This document shows, one piece after another, positions 20,187 through 29,745 of a stretch of DNA of 64,000 nt (position 1 is its first letter; each line of letters starts with the position of its first letter). The DNA is from Planctomycetota bacterium. GTDB taxonomy: Bacteria; Planctomycetota; SZUA-567; H5-PLA8. Location: contig JAKLKQ010000036.1 in NCBI GenBank assembly GCA_023150555.1, positions 2,196-66,195 on the forward strand. Reading direction: 5' to 3'. Both the position numbers and the translations under genes were made by a program. The notes beneath the pieces were generated by a model. That model had not been told where the DNA came from, made no database searches, and worked only from the letters and a program-made list of their open reading frames with translations.

Positions 20187-21398
20187 TCAGGGCTTGAACT
20201 CGAACTTCTCCTTGGCGCCCTGCCACCAGATCTTCCACGTCTTGTAGTCGTACTCGCCGCTGTCGAAGTTCGTGCCCGTCACGTACTTGAGCGCCGTCAG
20301 CGCGGGGTAAAGCTCCGTCTCGTCGCGCTTGCCCAAGTGCGAAGGCTCGTCGACGCTCAGGCCCATCGGGTCGTCGGTGCCCAGGCCCGCGGCGGGCTTG
20401 CGCAGCGGGTTCTTGGGATCCTTCGCGTTGCCGCCGGCCAGTTCGAACGAGACCGCCGCCAGCAGGCGCTCCACCGCCTCCTTGTCGCCGTAGCGCATGA
20501 TCGCGATGCAGGCCAGCCGGCGCGTCGTCGCCCACGGCCGGCTGGGCGAGATCGCCACATCGACGAGCTTGCGCAGCGCGACGGGTTCCTCCAGCTTCGG
20601 CAGCGCCTTCGCGGCGGCCTCGCGCACGCGCACGTCCGGGTCCGTGAAACAGGACTCCAGCAGGCCCTGCATGGCGCGGCGGTCGCCGGCGCGGCCCAGG
20701 ATCTCCGCGGCGCGCGTGCGGACCGCGCCGTCTTTCACTTCGCCGCTGTCGGGCAGGCCCGGCGCGCGCATCACGCGCACGAAGAGATCCGGCTTCTCGG
20801 CGGCCAGCGCCACAAGCGCCTTCGCTTCGGCGTTGTCCTCGAAGGCCGAACCCGGCGAGAGCTCCAGCTTGGCCAGGCGTTTGGCCAGTTCCTGAGCCTC
20901 CTTGCGCAGCGTCGCAGCGTCCGGCTTCGGTTGAGCGGTTGCCTGGCCTTCTGCGGCGGGACTGGGTTCGGCCTGCGCGATCCAGCGTCCGGCGCCGTCC
21001 TGCACGTAGCCCAAGGCCTTGCCGGCGCCTTCGTGGAAGGGGTCGGCCTCCAGCGCGAGGTTGAACTCGTAGCGCGCCTCGTCTTCGAGCTTGTCCTTGC
21101 GCGCCGCCAGGCCCAGGGCGTAGTGGCCCGCGGCGTCGTCCAGGCGCAGCCGAGCCGTCTTGGCGAGGTAGGCGTTCATCACGGCGCTGTGCGCCTGGCG
21201 GCCCACGACGTCGGCCTTGAGAACGCGCAGCACGCGACCGTCGCGCGTGGTGATCACCAGCACGTCGCCCTCTTCGGCGGCCACACCGACAACCTCGCGG
21301 TTGTCCTTGAGGATGAAGGTGTCCGCGCGCACGAGGCTCGCCGGCAAGGCAACCCCAGCCGCGGCAAGCACTAATACGATTCGAAGGGCGCCCTTCAT
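20187..21398 (-). CDS. Secreted HEAT-repeat protein
   Basis: Signal peptide ending VRA; HEAT repeats (VRTRAAEILG, DPDVRVREAAAKAL). Confidence 0.75.
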   Translation of the reverse strand: MKGALRIVLVLAAAGVALPASLVRADTFILKDNREVVGVAAEEGDVLVITTRDGRVLRVLKADVVGRQAHSAVMNAYLAKTARLRLDDAAGHYALGLAARKDKLEDEARYEFNLALEADPFHEGAGKALGYVQDGAGRWIAQAEPSPAAEGQATAQPKPDAATLRKEAQELAKRLAKLELSPGSAFEDNAEAKALVALAAEKPDLFVRVMRAPGLPDSGEVKDGAVRTRAAEILGRAGDRRAMQGLLESCFTDPDVRVREAAAKALPKLEEPVALRKLVDVAISPSRPWATTRRLACIAIMRYGDKEAVERLLAAVSFELAGGNAKDPKNPLRKPAAGLGTDDPMGLSVDEPSHLGKRDETELYPALTALKYVTGTNFDSGEYDYKTWKIWWQGAKEKFEFKP

Positions 21399-21565
21399 GA
21401 TGCAGACCAATCTCCGTCCCCGCAGACCAACTCGGCCGCTTCATATTTTAGACGCATCCGGCCTCTCTGCGTAAGCCTATTAATTGGCCCGGATAATGAG
21501 CTTCCGCAAGGGTGATATCTTCTTACATCTCAATGGGTTGGGCAGGATTTTCCGCACACAGCCGA

Positions 21566-21594
21566 TTGACACCCTTTTGTTCCCCTCCTACCAT
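21566..21594 (+). promoter_or_regulatory. Sigma70-type promoter
   Basis: TTGACA-17 nt-TACCAT, 61 nt upstream of ATG 21656. Confidence 0.65.
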
Positions 21595-21655
21595 CGCTGT
21601 TTCAGGCAGCCCCGAGGGCGTTCGGGGCGCCCCGCGGAGCCTCGCAGGACCCACG

Positions 21656-23221
21656 ATGGCCGAAAGCAACGAACCCCAAGCCCCCGCCGCCGAGGCGGCG
21701 CACGAAAGCGCCGCGCGCATCGAAGTCACGGTCACGGGCATCCACGAGAAAGCCCACATCCTGGTGGTCGACAGCGAGGTCGCCTTCCTGCGCCTGGTCG
21801 AGATGGCGCTCAAGCGCCGCGGCCACGACGTCAGCGCCGTGCCGGGCCCCAAGCAGGCGCAAGAGATCGTCTCCGCACAGCCCGTCGACCTGATGGTCAG
21901 CGAACTGCACTTTCCCGAAGGCGGCGGCTACGGCCTGCTCGAACGGCTTCGCGCCGACAACGCCACCAAGCGCCTGCCCGTGATCATCCTCACCAAAGAC
22001 CGCAAGGCGCGCAGCCGCGTCCGCGCGCTGGAGATCGGCGCCGACGACGTGCTCCACAAACCCCTGCTGCTCGACGAACTCTTCGTGCGCGTCGAGAGCC
22101 TGATCCGCAAGACCCGCGACCTCTTCAAGGCCGCACATTCGGTGAAGGGCGACTTGGCCGGCAAACTCGGCTCGCTGCCCGTCCCGGAACTGTTTCCCCT
22201 GCTCGAGAAGAACCGCATGACCGGCCTGCTGCGCTTGGGCGAGGGCGGACAGGAGCTGGCCTGCGTCTGGTGGCGGGACGGCGTGGCCGTCGCGGCCAGC
22301 TTCGGCCCGCTGCAGGGCGACGACGCCGTCTACGCGCTCTTTCCGCTGCGCACGGGGAACTTCGAGTTCCGCACCGGCGCGCAGTACGAGGGTGCGCCGA
22401 ACATCGAGAACAACGTCACCACGCTGCTGCTGGAAGGCATGCGGCGCATGGACGAGACCGTCACCTTTCAGCTCATCGGCGGGCGCCCGCTTCCCGGCCC
22501 GCGCGGCGCTCACATCGAGTGGTTCGAGGACATCGCGGCGCAGGCTGCGTCCGCCGGCAACGGCCACGAGTCCGTGCCCCACGCGCGCCCCGGCCCGCTG
22601 GCCGTGAAGGAGATGCTCGGCGCGTTCGAACGCCGCTTCCGCGCGGCGGTGACGACGGGCTTCGAGTTCTCGGACCTGCGCGAGCTGCGCAAGCGCTTCG
22701 CCCAGTCCCCCAGCCTGACGCTGAACGTTACGCGCCTGGCGCTTCTGTGCGATCTGGAGGATGGGTTGCAGTTGCTGACGGCCCTGCTGGGCCCGCCCTC
22801 GGCGAAGCAGCTCCAGCGCGGCCTGCGCAGCGGCGTGGAACTCTTCCCCTCCGCGCAGGTGGAACTCGACGCGCAGCACACGCTCCAGGTGCTGGTCGCG
22901 CCGCTGAAGGAGGTCGACGTGCTGGCCGGCGCCCTGCAGGCCCTGGACGCCGTCTACGTCGCGCCGCCCGGCGGGCGCTGGCTGCCGCCCGAACTGCGCG
23001 ACGACGTATTGCACCTGCTCAAGCGCACCAAGCCCTTCGTCTGCCAGCCCGTCGGCGACGGCACCGTCGTGCAGGGCCTGACCGGCCTGCTGCGCGACGC
23101 CGGGCTGGAGACCGACGTGATGCCGGTGGCCGAACGCATGGCCGCGACGCGCATCGAGCTCGCCCGCGTGGTGCACCGCCTGCTGCGCGGCATCGCCCCG
23201 GGCGAGGGCGGCGCCGCGTGA
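21656..23221 (+). CDS. Atypical response regulator: receiver + DUF4388 (PatA-N)-like domain + unknown C-terminal domain
   Basis: ILVVDSE, LPVIILT, GADDVLHKP; GDLAGKL..ELF..LE.NRMTGLL..LLLEGMRRMDE. Confidence 0.8.
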   Translation: MAESNEPQAPAAEAAHESAARIEVTVTGIHEKAHILVVDSEVAFLRLVEMALKRRGHDVSAVPGPKQAQEIVSAQPVDLMVSELHFPEGGGYGLLERLRADNATKRLPVIILTKDRKARSRVRALEIGADDVLHKPLLLDELFVRVESLIRKTRDLFKAAHSVKGDLAGKLGSLPVPELFPLLEKNRMTGLLRLGEGGQELACVWWRDGVAVAASFGPLQGDDAVYALFPLRTGNFEFRTGAQYEGAPNIENNVTTLLLEGMRRMDETVTFQLIGGRPLPGPRGAHIEWFEDIAAQAASAGNGHESVPHARPGPLAVKEMLGAFERRFRAAVTTGFEFSDLRELRKRFAQSPSLTLNVTRLALLCDLEDGLQLLTALLGPPSAKQLQRGLRSGVELFPSAQVELDAQHTLQVLVAPLKEVDVLAGALQALDAVYVAPPGGRWLPPELRDDVLHLLKRTKPFVCQPVGDGTVVQGLTGLLRDAGLETDVMPVAERMAATRIELARVVHRLLRGIAPGEGGAA

Positions 23222-23991
23222 TTCGCAGCGCGCTGGTGGGCGGCGGGATTTTCCTGCTCGCCGCGCTCTTCTGGGCCATCCACGATCCGGTCTGCGCGTT
23301 CTTCGAAGTCGCCAGTCTCTCCTCCCCCGAACTAGATCCGCGGTTCGTCGAGTCCTCGCTCCTGGAGCGCCGGCGCGGCGCCGTGTGGGCCCTGCACAAG
23401 GCCCAGGGCAGTTGGAACGCCGCCACGCGCTTGCGCAGCGCCCGCCTGCTGGCGCTCCTGGGCGACGACTATTACGACGGCGTGCTGCTGGAGGCCCTGG
23501 CGCAGGAGGAGGATGCGGATTCCGCCGCGCTGGCCGAGCGCCTGCTGCTGTCGGTCTGGGACCGCCGCAACGGCCCGGCCGACAACGAGATGGCCGCGCG
23601 CATGCGCGAGGCCGAGTACACCCACGCGGAGATCCCCGTGTCCGAGCGCGAGCTGGACATCCAGCTGCAGCTGCACCCGCTCTGGGCCGGCGGCTACGTG
23701 GCCCGCGCGCGCCTGCAGCTGCGCAACGCCAACCTGGGCGGCGCGCGCGCCGACGCGCTGAACGCGCTGCGCTTCGAGCCCTACGACTTCGAGGCCATCG
23801 TGCTGCTGGGGCGCTGCTACCTGTACCTCGACGAACCCGAGAGCGCCCTGGAATGCTTCGAGCAAGCCCTGGCGCTCAACCCACGCCTGAAGCACGAACT
23901 GAGCGAGGAGCTGAAGACCGCGCGCGAGGAATCCAACGCGGCCCGCGAACGCCGCCAGATCGAACGCTACCGCAGCCTGCCCGCCGGCTAG
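23218..23991 (+). CDS. Membrane-anchored HEAT/TPR protein
   Basis: GTGA overlap with the upstream gene; N-terminal TM; TPR (ALECFEQALALNP). Confidence 0.75.
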   Translation: MIRSALVGGGIFLLAALFWAIHDPVCAFFEVASLSSPELDPRFVESSLLERRRGAVWALHKAQGSWNAATRLRSARLLALLGDDYYDGVLLEALAQEEDADSAALAERLLLSVWDRRNGPADNEMAARMREAEYTHAEIPVSERELDIQLQLHPLWAGGYVARARLQLRNANLGGARADALNALRFEPYDFEAIVLLGRCYLYLDEPESALECFEQALALNPRLKHELSEELKTAREESNAARERRQIERYRSLPAG

Positions 23992-24017
23992 CAGGTAAAT
24001 CCGCAAGCGAAGGCATG

Positions 24018-24048
24018 AAAAAAGCGCGGGGAGCACCCGCGCTTCTTG
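24018..24048. terminator. Probable bidirectional terminator
   Basis: aagcgcggg / cccgcgctt stem flanked by an A-run and TTCTT, between convergent genes. Confidence 0.55.
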
Positions 24049-24073
24049 CGTTTCAGGAAGGTTTGGGAGCGGA

Positions 24074-24634
24074 TCAGCTCTTGCCCATCGCAGCCTGGCG
24101 TTCGGCTTCGCGCTTGTTGGCGGCGCGGTCGACGAACTCTTTCAGGATCTTGCGGTCGTTCACCGAGGCGTTGATGAACTTCACGCCCAGTTCGGGCTCG
24201 CCGGCGTCGGTGCTGTCGGTCAGGCGCACCACCTGGCATTCGCCGACCAGGTTTGCCAGTTCGGGAAGGTCGCCGAAACGCACCTTGAGCGTAAAGTTGC
24301 GCAGGGGCAGGACGTTCTTGTTCAGGCGGATGTTGGTCAGCAGCGCGCCGCCGACGCCGATGTTGCGCGCGGTGGCATCGCCGTGGTCGAAGACCTCGCC
24401 GCTGTCCAGGATCACCTCGATCTTGGCCGGGGCGTTGATCTCGGTGCGGCCGTATTCGCGCTTGAAGGGGCGCCGGATCGTCGTGAAGTCGTAGCCCATC
24501 TTCTCGGCGGTCTTGAAGACGAGGTCGCGGGTGCCCTCGCTGGCCGAGTATTTCGGGTCCCGATTGAGGATCTTGGTTACCGTGGTGCGCGAGAGACCCA
24601 GGGCATCGGCGATCGCTTGCTGGCTAACCCCCAT
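24074..24634 (-). CDS. HTH (LacI-like) - PilZ domain transcriptional regulator
   Basis: SQQAIADALGLSRTTVTKILN...TRDLVFKTAEKMGY; RxxxR (REYGR), NIGVGG, CQVVR, LGVKF; GGAGG RBS upstream of ATG 24634. Confidence 0.75.
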   Translation of the reverse strand: MGVSQQAIADALGLSRTTVTKILNRDPKYSASEGTRDLVFKTAEKMGYDFTTIRRPFKREYGRTEINAPAKIEVILDSGEVFDHGDATARNIGVGGALLTNIRLNKNVLPLRNFTLKVRFGDLPELANLVGECQVVRLTDSTDAGEPELGVKFINASVNDRKILKEFVDRAANKREAERQAAMGKS

Positions 24635-24691
24635 GTGCAATTCCTCCCTCCCAGGAAGCGATGCGCATTGTGCCCAAGTCGCACCGCTCAG

Positions 24692-24741
24692 TGTGCATAT
24701 TCAGAATGCACAGAGTGTACTAAGTCCGCAAACCGTGTCAA
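24692..24741 (-). promoter_or_regulatory. Sigma70 promoter with overlapping palindromic operator
   Basis: Minus strand TTGACA (24741-24736)-16 nt-TACACT (24719-24714); TGTGCAT-N7-ATGCACA at 24692-24712. Confidence 0.55.
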
Positions 24742-25011
24742 TACTTGGTTTTGAATCAACGGGGCGGGCTTTGAAAGGGTCACGTTCGGTTCTTAATCGA
24801 GCCCTGGCATGACCTTGTGTGAACAAGGGGCGCCCCAATGTGCAGCACGATTTCACTTCGTGCAAAATTCTTGGCTGCCGGGGCCTGGCGATCCAGATTG
24901 GCCGAAAAGGAAGGCGGCCCGGGCTTCTTGCGAAACCCGGGCCGGGCTCGAGGGTGGAAGCGGCGCCCACGGGGGTAAGCGCCGTTCCGTTTGAGAGGCG
25001 GTTTCAGGTCC

Positions 25012-26250
25012 TCACGGCATCCAGGAAGAGCTCACCGGGGCTGCATCGGCCGTGTCGGTGCTCTCCCCTTCGCTGCTGCTGCGCTCATGCGTCGCGCGCG
25101 AGCCGGCGGTGACGCGCGGCTGCGGCGTGATGATCTCGACGGCGTTCTCGCTTTCGCTGCCGCCCCGGGCGCTCGCGGAGGCTGGCATGTTTCCACGCAC
25201 GCGCAACTTCTGGCCGATCTGCAACCGGCCGGGGCTGGGCAGGCGGTCGCGGTTCCATTCGTACAGGTCGTTCCAGCGGTTGCCATCGTTGAAGAGCTTG
25301 CGGGCGATGCGTTCCAGCGTGTCTCCGCTCTGCACGACGTACTCGCCGTCGGTCGCCGCGGCAGGCGCAGGCTCGCTGGCCCCAGGCGTGGGCTGCGTCA
25401 CCGTGCCCCCCGTCGAAGCCGGAGCCGCCGCCGCTGCGGACGCAGGCACCGCGGGAATCGTCAGGACCATGCCTTCGCGCATCGTGCGCGGGTCGGCGAA
25501 GAGATGCTTGTTGGCCTCGGCCAGCAGCTTCACGCCCGTCTGCACACGCCCGGGGTAGTACTTGGCGGAGATGCCGCTGAGCGTATCGCCGGACTGCACG
25601 GTGTAGCTCTGTGCGGCGTTCGGCTGCGGAACGGGCACGGGCTCGACGGCGGTGCGGACGCGCGACCAGTCGAACGTACCGGGCCTCGGCTGCGCCTGGG
25701 CCGCGTTCGCGTTCGCCTGAGCGATCTGGTTCTCGCGGAAGATCGACTGCATGCCGCCCGGCTGCGAGCTCGCGCCGTTCAGCGGCTGGCCGGTGGTCAT
25801 GGTGCGGCCGGGCTGGTTCTGCGCGGCTACGCCGCCGGCGTTGGGATTCCCGCTCCAGCGCGAGCCGTTGTTCACCGCGCCGGCCACGCCGGGCGGCGTC
25901 TGGGGCTGCTGCTGGATGGGCGGCGCGGACTCATCGTTGAAGCCGCCCGCGTAAGCCAGGTCCTGGCCGGCAGGCGCCGGCGCGGCCGGGGCTCCGGGGG
26001 CCGGCGGCGGTTCGGGCGCCTGGGCCTGGTCCTTCTTCTTGCCGTTGCCTTCGTAGATGATGCTGACGACCACCACCATCAGCAGGAGGAGCGTGAGCAG
26101 GCCCCACTTGAACTCGCGGAAGATACGCGCGGCGCCGTTGGTCATCGTACGGCTGGTGCCGTGCGCGCTGTAACTCGCCGCCCCCGTAGCGCTGACGTTG
26201 CGCTCGAAGGCTGATGGCGAGGCCATGTTGCTGCCGGGATCGTCGTGCAC
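25012..26250 (-). CDS. Membrane-anchored protein with two LysM domains
   Basis: YTVQSGDTLSGISAKYY and YVVQSGDTLERIARKL; N-terminal TM; Pro/Ala/Gln linker; start uncertain (26145-26250). Confidence 0.85.
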   Translation of the reverse strand: MHDDPGSNMASPSAFERNVSATGAASYSAHGTSRTMTNGAARIFREFKWGLLTLLLLMVVVVSIIYEGNGKKKDQAQAPEPPPAPGAPAAPAPAGQDLAYAGGFNDESAPPIQQQPQTPPGVAGAVNNGSRWSGNPNAGGVAAQNQPGRTMTTGQPLNGASSQPGGMQSIFRENQIAQANANAAQAQPRPGTFDWSRVRTAVEPVPVPQPNAAQSYTVQSGDTLSGISAKYYPGRVQTGVKLLAEANKHLFADPRTMREGMVLTIPAVPASAAAAAPASTGGTVTQPTPGASEPAPAAATDGEYVVQSGDTLERIARKLFNDGNRWNDLYEWNRDRLPSPGRLQIGQKLRVRGNMPASASARGGSESENAVEIITPQPRVTAGSRATHERSSSEGESTDTADAAPVSSSWMP

Positions 26251-26408
26251 GGCGATTCCCCCCCAGGGAAAGCGTCTGCGGATAGAAAAAGCGCCTGCCC
26301 GATAGGGCGGCGGTCTTTCTCATTATCGAACAAGTGCAGGACGGGCTTGAGGCAAATCGGCGCGCCGCACGATAACCCGGCGCGCAGTCTGATGGGCAAT
26401 TAAAGGAG

Positions 26409-27947
26409 TCAGATGCCCAAATTGAAGACGAAGAAGATGCTCCAGACCACGGTCAAGACCGGTATGATCAGGAATGGTATCGAGTATCTAATAATGTACC
26501 CGAAGAAACTGGGCATCTTCACGCCGCTGGTCTCGGCAATGGCCTTGACCATGAAGTTCGGAGCGTTGCCGATGTAGGTGTTCGCGCCGAAGAAGACCGA
26601 GCCCAGGCTGATCGCCAGCAGGATGTCCTTGGCGGCATACCCGGTCGTGCCGACATGTTCCAAATTGAGCCACTCGTGCGTCTGGCCGCCAATGTTCTCA
26701 AGTCCCATCTGCAAACCAGCCAAGCCGTGTGCCGCCTGGAGGAAGTTCAGGTAGGTCGGCGCGTTATCCAGGAACGAACTGAGTGCGCCCGACGCCCAGT
26801 AGAACTTGGTGGGCGAATTCACCCCCAGCGACGCGGCGTTGTTGCCCAGATAGTCGAGCGCCGGGACCATCGTCGCGAAGAGGCCCACAAAGATCAGCCC
26901 AACCTCCTTGATCGGCCCGAAGCTGAACTCGTTGGCCTTCAGGTTCTTTGGATTAGCTAGTTTGTAGGCTGCGACCGCAGCGAAGATCTGAAGGAACGCA
27001 CCGGCGCCGTGGAAGTGAACGTGAGCCACATCTTCCAGGATCTGGTCGAAGAAGACGCCGAGCAGCACCACGGCCAGCCAGCCGAAGTTGGCCCAGCCGC
27101 TGAGTTTGATCTGGTTCTTCTCGGGGGGTGGCAGGGGCTCGCCGGCTTCCTCGCGTTCCTGCTTGAACTTCTTGAGCGCCTTCGTGTCCATCACGAAGAA
27201 GACCGTGAGCAGAACGAGGTTGGCCAGCGCCCAGGCTTCAACGCAGTGAATCAGGGTCCATTCAAAAGGCACGCCCTGCAGATAGCCCAGGAACAGCGGC
27301 GGGTCGCCGATGGGCGTCAGGCAGCCGCCGCAGTTGGCCACCAGGAAGATGAACAGCACCACGTGAAAGGCCTGAATGCGTTCCTTATTGACCTTGATGT
27401 AGGCGCGGATCAGCAGCGCCGCGGCGCCCGTCGTGCCTATGATGTTCGCGATCACCGCGCCCGTGGCCAGGATCGCCACGTTCAGCTTCGGCGAGCTGGC
27501 GCCCTTGATCTCGATGTGGATCCCGCCGGTGACAATGTAAAGGCTGCCTACCAGCGCGATGAATTGAAAGTACTCCATCCCCACGTGCTGCATGCGATGC
27601 AGGCCGTACCCTTCGTGTCCTTCGAGCGTCTTGAATCCGGAAAGGCCGAAGATGTAGTAGCTGATCATGATCCCGCCCAGGAAGAAGGCGAAATCGGGGA
27701 AGTGGTGTTCCCAGAAGTGCAGGTTGATGAACGGCATCAGGGCGATCGAAAGCAGCAGGGCGGCGAATGGTATCGAGAGCATCGCGCCCACATTGGGCGG
27801 GCCTTTCTCCAGCGCTAGCGGTGGCGTTACCGCCATCGACAGGACAATGCCCACCGCCAGTCCCGCCAGCAAGGTCAAGGCCCAGCACTTGGGTCCGTGA
27901 AAGCCCTTGGATCCGTGGTGTTCGCTCAAAGGAGACCTCCCCCGCAC
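26409..27947 (-). CDS. Putative sodium:proton antiporter (ion-transporter superfamily)
   Basis: ANIIGTTGA, LTPIGDPPLFLG, LSSFLDNAPTY, GANTYIGNAPNFMV; many TM helices; start uncertain. Confidence 0.85.
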   Translation of the reverse strand: MRGRSPLSEHHGSKGFHGPKCWALTLLAGLAVGIVLSMAVTPPLALEKGPPNVGAMLSIPFAALLLSIALMPFINLHFWEHHFPDFAFFLGGIMISYYIFGLSGFKTLEGHEGYGLHRMQHVGMEYFQFIALVGSLYIVTGGIHIEIKGASSPKLNVAILATGAVIANIIGTTGAAALLIRAYIKVNKERIQAFHVVLFIFLVANCGGCLTPIGDPPLFLGYLQGVPFEWTLIHCVEAWALANLVLLTVFFVMDTKALKKFKQEREEAGEPLPPPEKNQIKLSGWANFGWLAVVLLGVFFDQILEDVAHVHFHGAGAFLQIFAAVAAYKLANPKNLKANEFSFGPIKEVGLIFVGLFATMVPALDYLGNNAASLGVNSPTKFYWASGALSSFLDNAPTYLNFLQAAHGLAGLQMGLENIGGQTHEWLNLEHVGTTGYAAKDILLAISLGSVFFGANTYIGNAPNFMVKAIAETSGVKMPSFFGYIIRYSIPFLIIPVLTVVWSIFFVFNLGI

Positions 27948-28103
27948 GATCCGGCTTTGGTATCCGGTTCGCAGGCGGTGCAGCGGGTTATGATTACAAA
28001 ACGAAGGCGGCTCCCTTTTATTACATCAATTCCGTCTCCGCCAGAAGAAACCGGCGCTGCGGCTCCTTGACGAACGCCCCCCTTGCCGCGAGAACCTTCC
28101 CGT

Positions 28104-28859
28104 ATGGAACCCAAGAAGCTCGAAGCCCTGCTAAAGAGCGTCAGCGCCGGCACCTGCAGCGTCCAGGAAGCCGCCGCCGCGCTCTCCGAGTTGCCCTACG
28201 CGGACCTCGGTTTCGCGAAGGTCGACCACCACCGCGCCCTGCGCTGCGGCTTCGCCGAGGTCGTCTTCGGCGCGGGCAAGAGCGTCGCGGAGACCGTCGC
28301 CATCGTCGAACGCGCTCGCCGGCACGCGCCCGTCGTACTCGCCACGCGCGTGAACGACGCACAGGCCAAGGCTTTGTCGAAGAAGTTCAAAAGTGCTGTC
28401 CACAACGCCCGCGCGCGAACCGTGCGCGTCGGCACGCCCGAAGCGATGCCCGGCACCGGCTTCGCGGCCCTCGTCAGCGCCGGCACCAGCGACGGGCCCG
28501 TCGCCGAGGAAGCCCACGAGACGCTGCTGGCCTTCGGCGCGCGCGTGCGCACCTGCTACGACGCCGGCGTGGCAGGCATCCACCGCCTGCTCAAGAACCT
28601 GCCCGAACTGCGCGAAGCCAGCGTCGTGATCGCCGTCGCCGGCATGGAAGGCGCGCTGCCCAGCGTCGCCGTGCCCACCCGCGTCGGTTACGGCGCCAGC
28701 TACAACGGACTCGCCGCGCTGCTGGGGATGCTGAACACCTGCGCCAGCGGCGTCACCGTCGTGAACATCGACAACGGCTTCGGCGCGGCCGCCGCCGCGC
28801 TGCGCATCCTGCGCCAGATCGAGGAAGACCGCGCGAAGAAGCACGCCAAGAAGCGATAG
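28104..28859 (+). CDS. larB: Nickel-pincer cofactor biosynthesis protein LarB (with an apparent short internal deletion)
   Basis: AKVDHHRALRCGFAEVV, SAGTSD, DAGVAGIHRL, AGMEGALPSV, VVNIDNGFGA. Confidence 0.88.
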   Translation: MEPKKLEALLKSVSAGTCSVQEAAAALSELPYADLGFAKVDHHRALRCGFAEVVFGAGKSVAETVAIVERARRHAPVVLATRVNDAQAKALSKKFKSAVHNARARTVRVGTPEAMPGTGFAALVSAGTSDGPVAEEAHETLLAFGARVRTCYDAGVAGIHRLLKNLPELREASVVIAVAGMEGALPSVAVPTRVGYGASYNGLAALLGMLNTCASGVTVVNIDNGFGAAAAALRILRQIEEDRAKKHAKKR

Positions 28860-28935
28860 ATGCAAATGCCGCAGCAATTGCTACACTGTTTTCTGCTTCG
28901 CTAAACGAAAACTCAAACCTTAAGGAGCCGAACCC

Positions 28936-29583
28936 GTGTCCGCCAAAGAGACCATGAATCGCATCGGAGCGTGCGGCGCCGTGCTGGTGGTGCGCTGCGA
29001 GAGCGCCGAGGAAGCCGTCGAAGGCATCCGCGCCGTCGTCGAGGGCGGGCTCAAAGCCGTCGAAGTCACCTTCACGGTGCCCGGCGCGCCGTCGGTGATC
29101 CGCAAGGTCGCTCGCGCCTTCGGCGACCAGGTGCTGCTGGGCGCGGGGACGGTCACCGAGCCGCAGCAGGCCGAAGAAGCCATCGACGCCGGCGCCACGT
29201 ACCTCGTCGCGCCCAACACCGATCCGAAGGTCATCGGCGCGGCCAAGCGCCTGGGCGTGCCGATCCTGCCCGGCGGCTTCACGCCCACCGAAGTGCTCAA
29301 CGCGTGGAACCTCGGCGCCGACGCGGTGAAGATCTTCCCGGCCTCGCTGGGCGGCCCGTCGTACCTGAAGGCGCTCAAGGCCCCGCTGCCGCACGTGCTG
29401 ATGGTGCCGACCGGCGGCGTGGACGCGAAGACGGTGGGCGAATTCTTCAAGGCGGGCGCCTTCGCCGTCGGCGCGGGCGGATCGCTCTTCGACCTGAAGC
29501 TCCTCCGCGCGAAGGAATTCGGCAAGATGACGGAGATCGCCAAGACCTTCGTCGCGGCCATGAACGCCGCGCGCAACGGATAA
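28936..29583 (+). CDS. eda: KDPG/KHG aldolase
   Basis: VEVT, GAGTV, TPTE, KIFPA, PTGGV; AAGGAG RBS before GTG. Confidence 0.92.
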   Translation: MSAKETMNRIGACGAVLVVRCESAEEAVEGIRAVVEGGLKAVEVTFTVPGAPSVIRKVARAFGDQVLLGAGTVTEPQQAEEAIDAGATYLVAPNTDPKVIGAAKRLGVPILPGGFTPTEVLNAWNLGADAVKIFPASLGGPSYLKALKAPLPHVLMVPTGGVDAKTVGEFFKAGAFAVGAGGSLFDLKLLRAKEFGKMTEIAKTFVAAMNAARNG

Positions 29584-29585
29584 CG

Positions 29586-29728
29586 AATTCACCCCAGAGG
29601 ACACAGAGGAAAAGCTTTTGGGGACCCTATAGTTGGATGTCGCTTGGTTCGTTTGCAGCCGGATCCTGTCAGGCATCCACGAATGAAGAAAATAGAAGGT
29701 CAGTTCTCTGTGGTCTCTGCGGTTAATT
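29586..29728. repeat. REP-like inverted repeat pair enclosing about 97 nt
   Basis: aattcaccccagaggacacagag (29586-29608) versus reverse complement of 29706-29728, aattaaccgcagagaccacagag; 19/23 match. Confidence 0.6.
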
Positions 29729-29745
29729 TTTTGACAGGAGTCCGC

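Noticed and set aside
24750-25011. c-di-GMP or other riboswitch upstream of the HTH-PilZ gene
   Set aside because: GC-rich hairpins are present but I could not match any riboswitch consensus, and the region lies upstream of the predicted promoter
29644-29745. N-terminal extension of nnrD as an NnrE remnant
   Set aside because: It is translated REP-like spacer; a good RBS precedes GTG 29746
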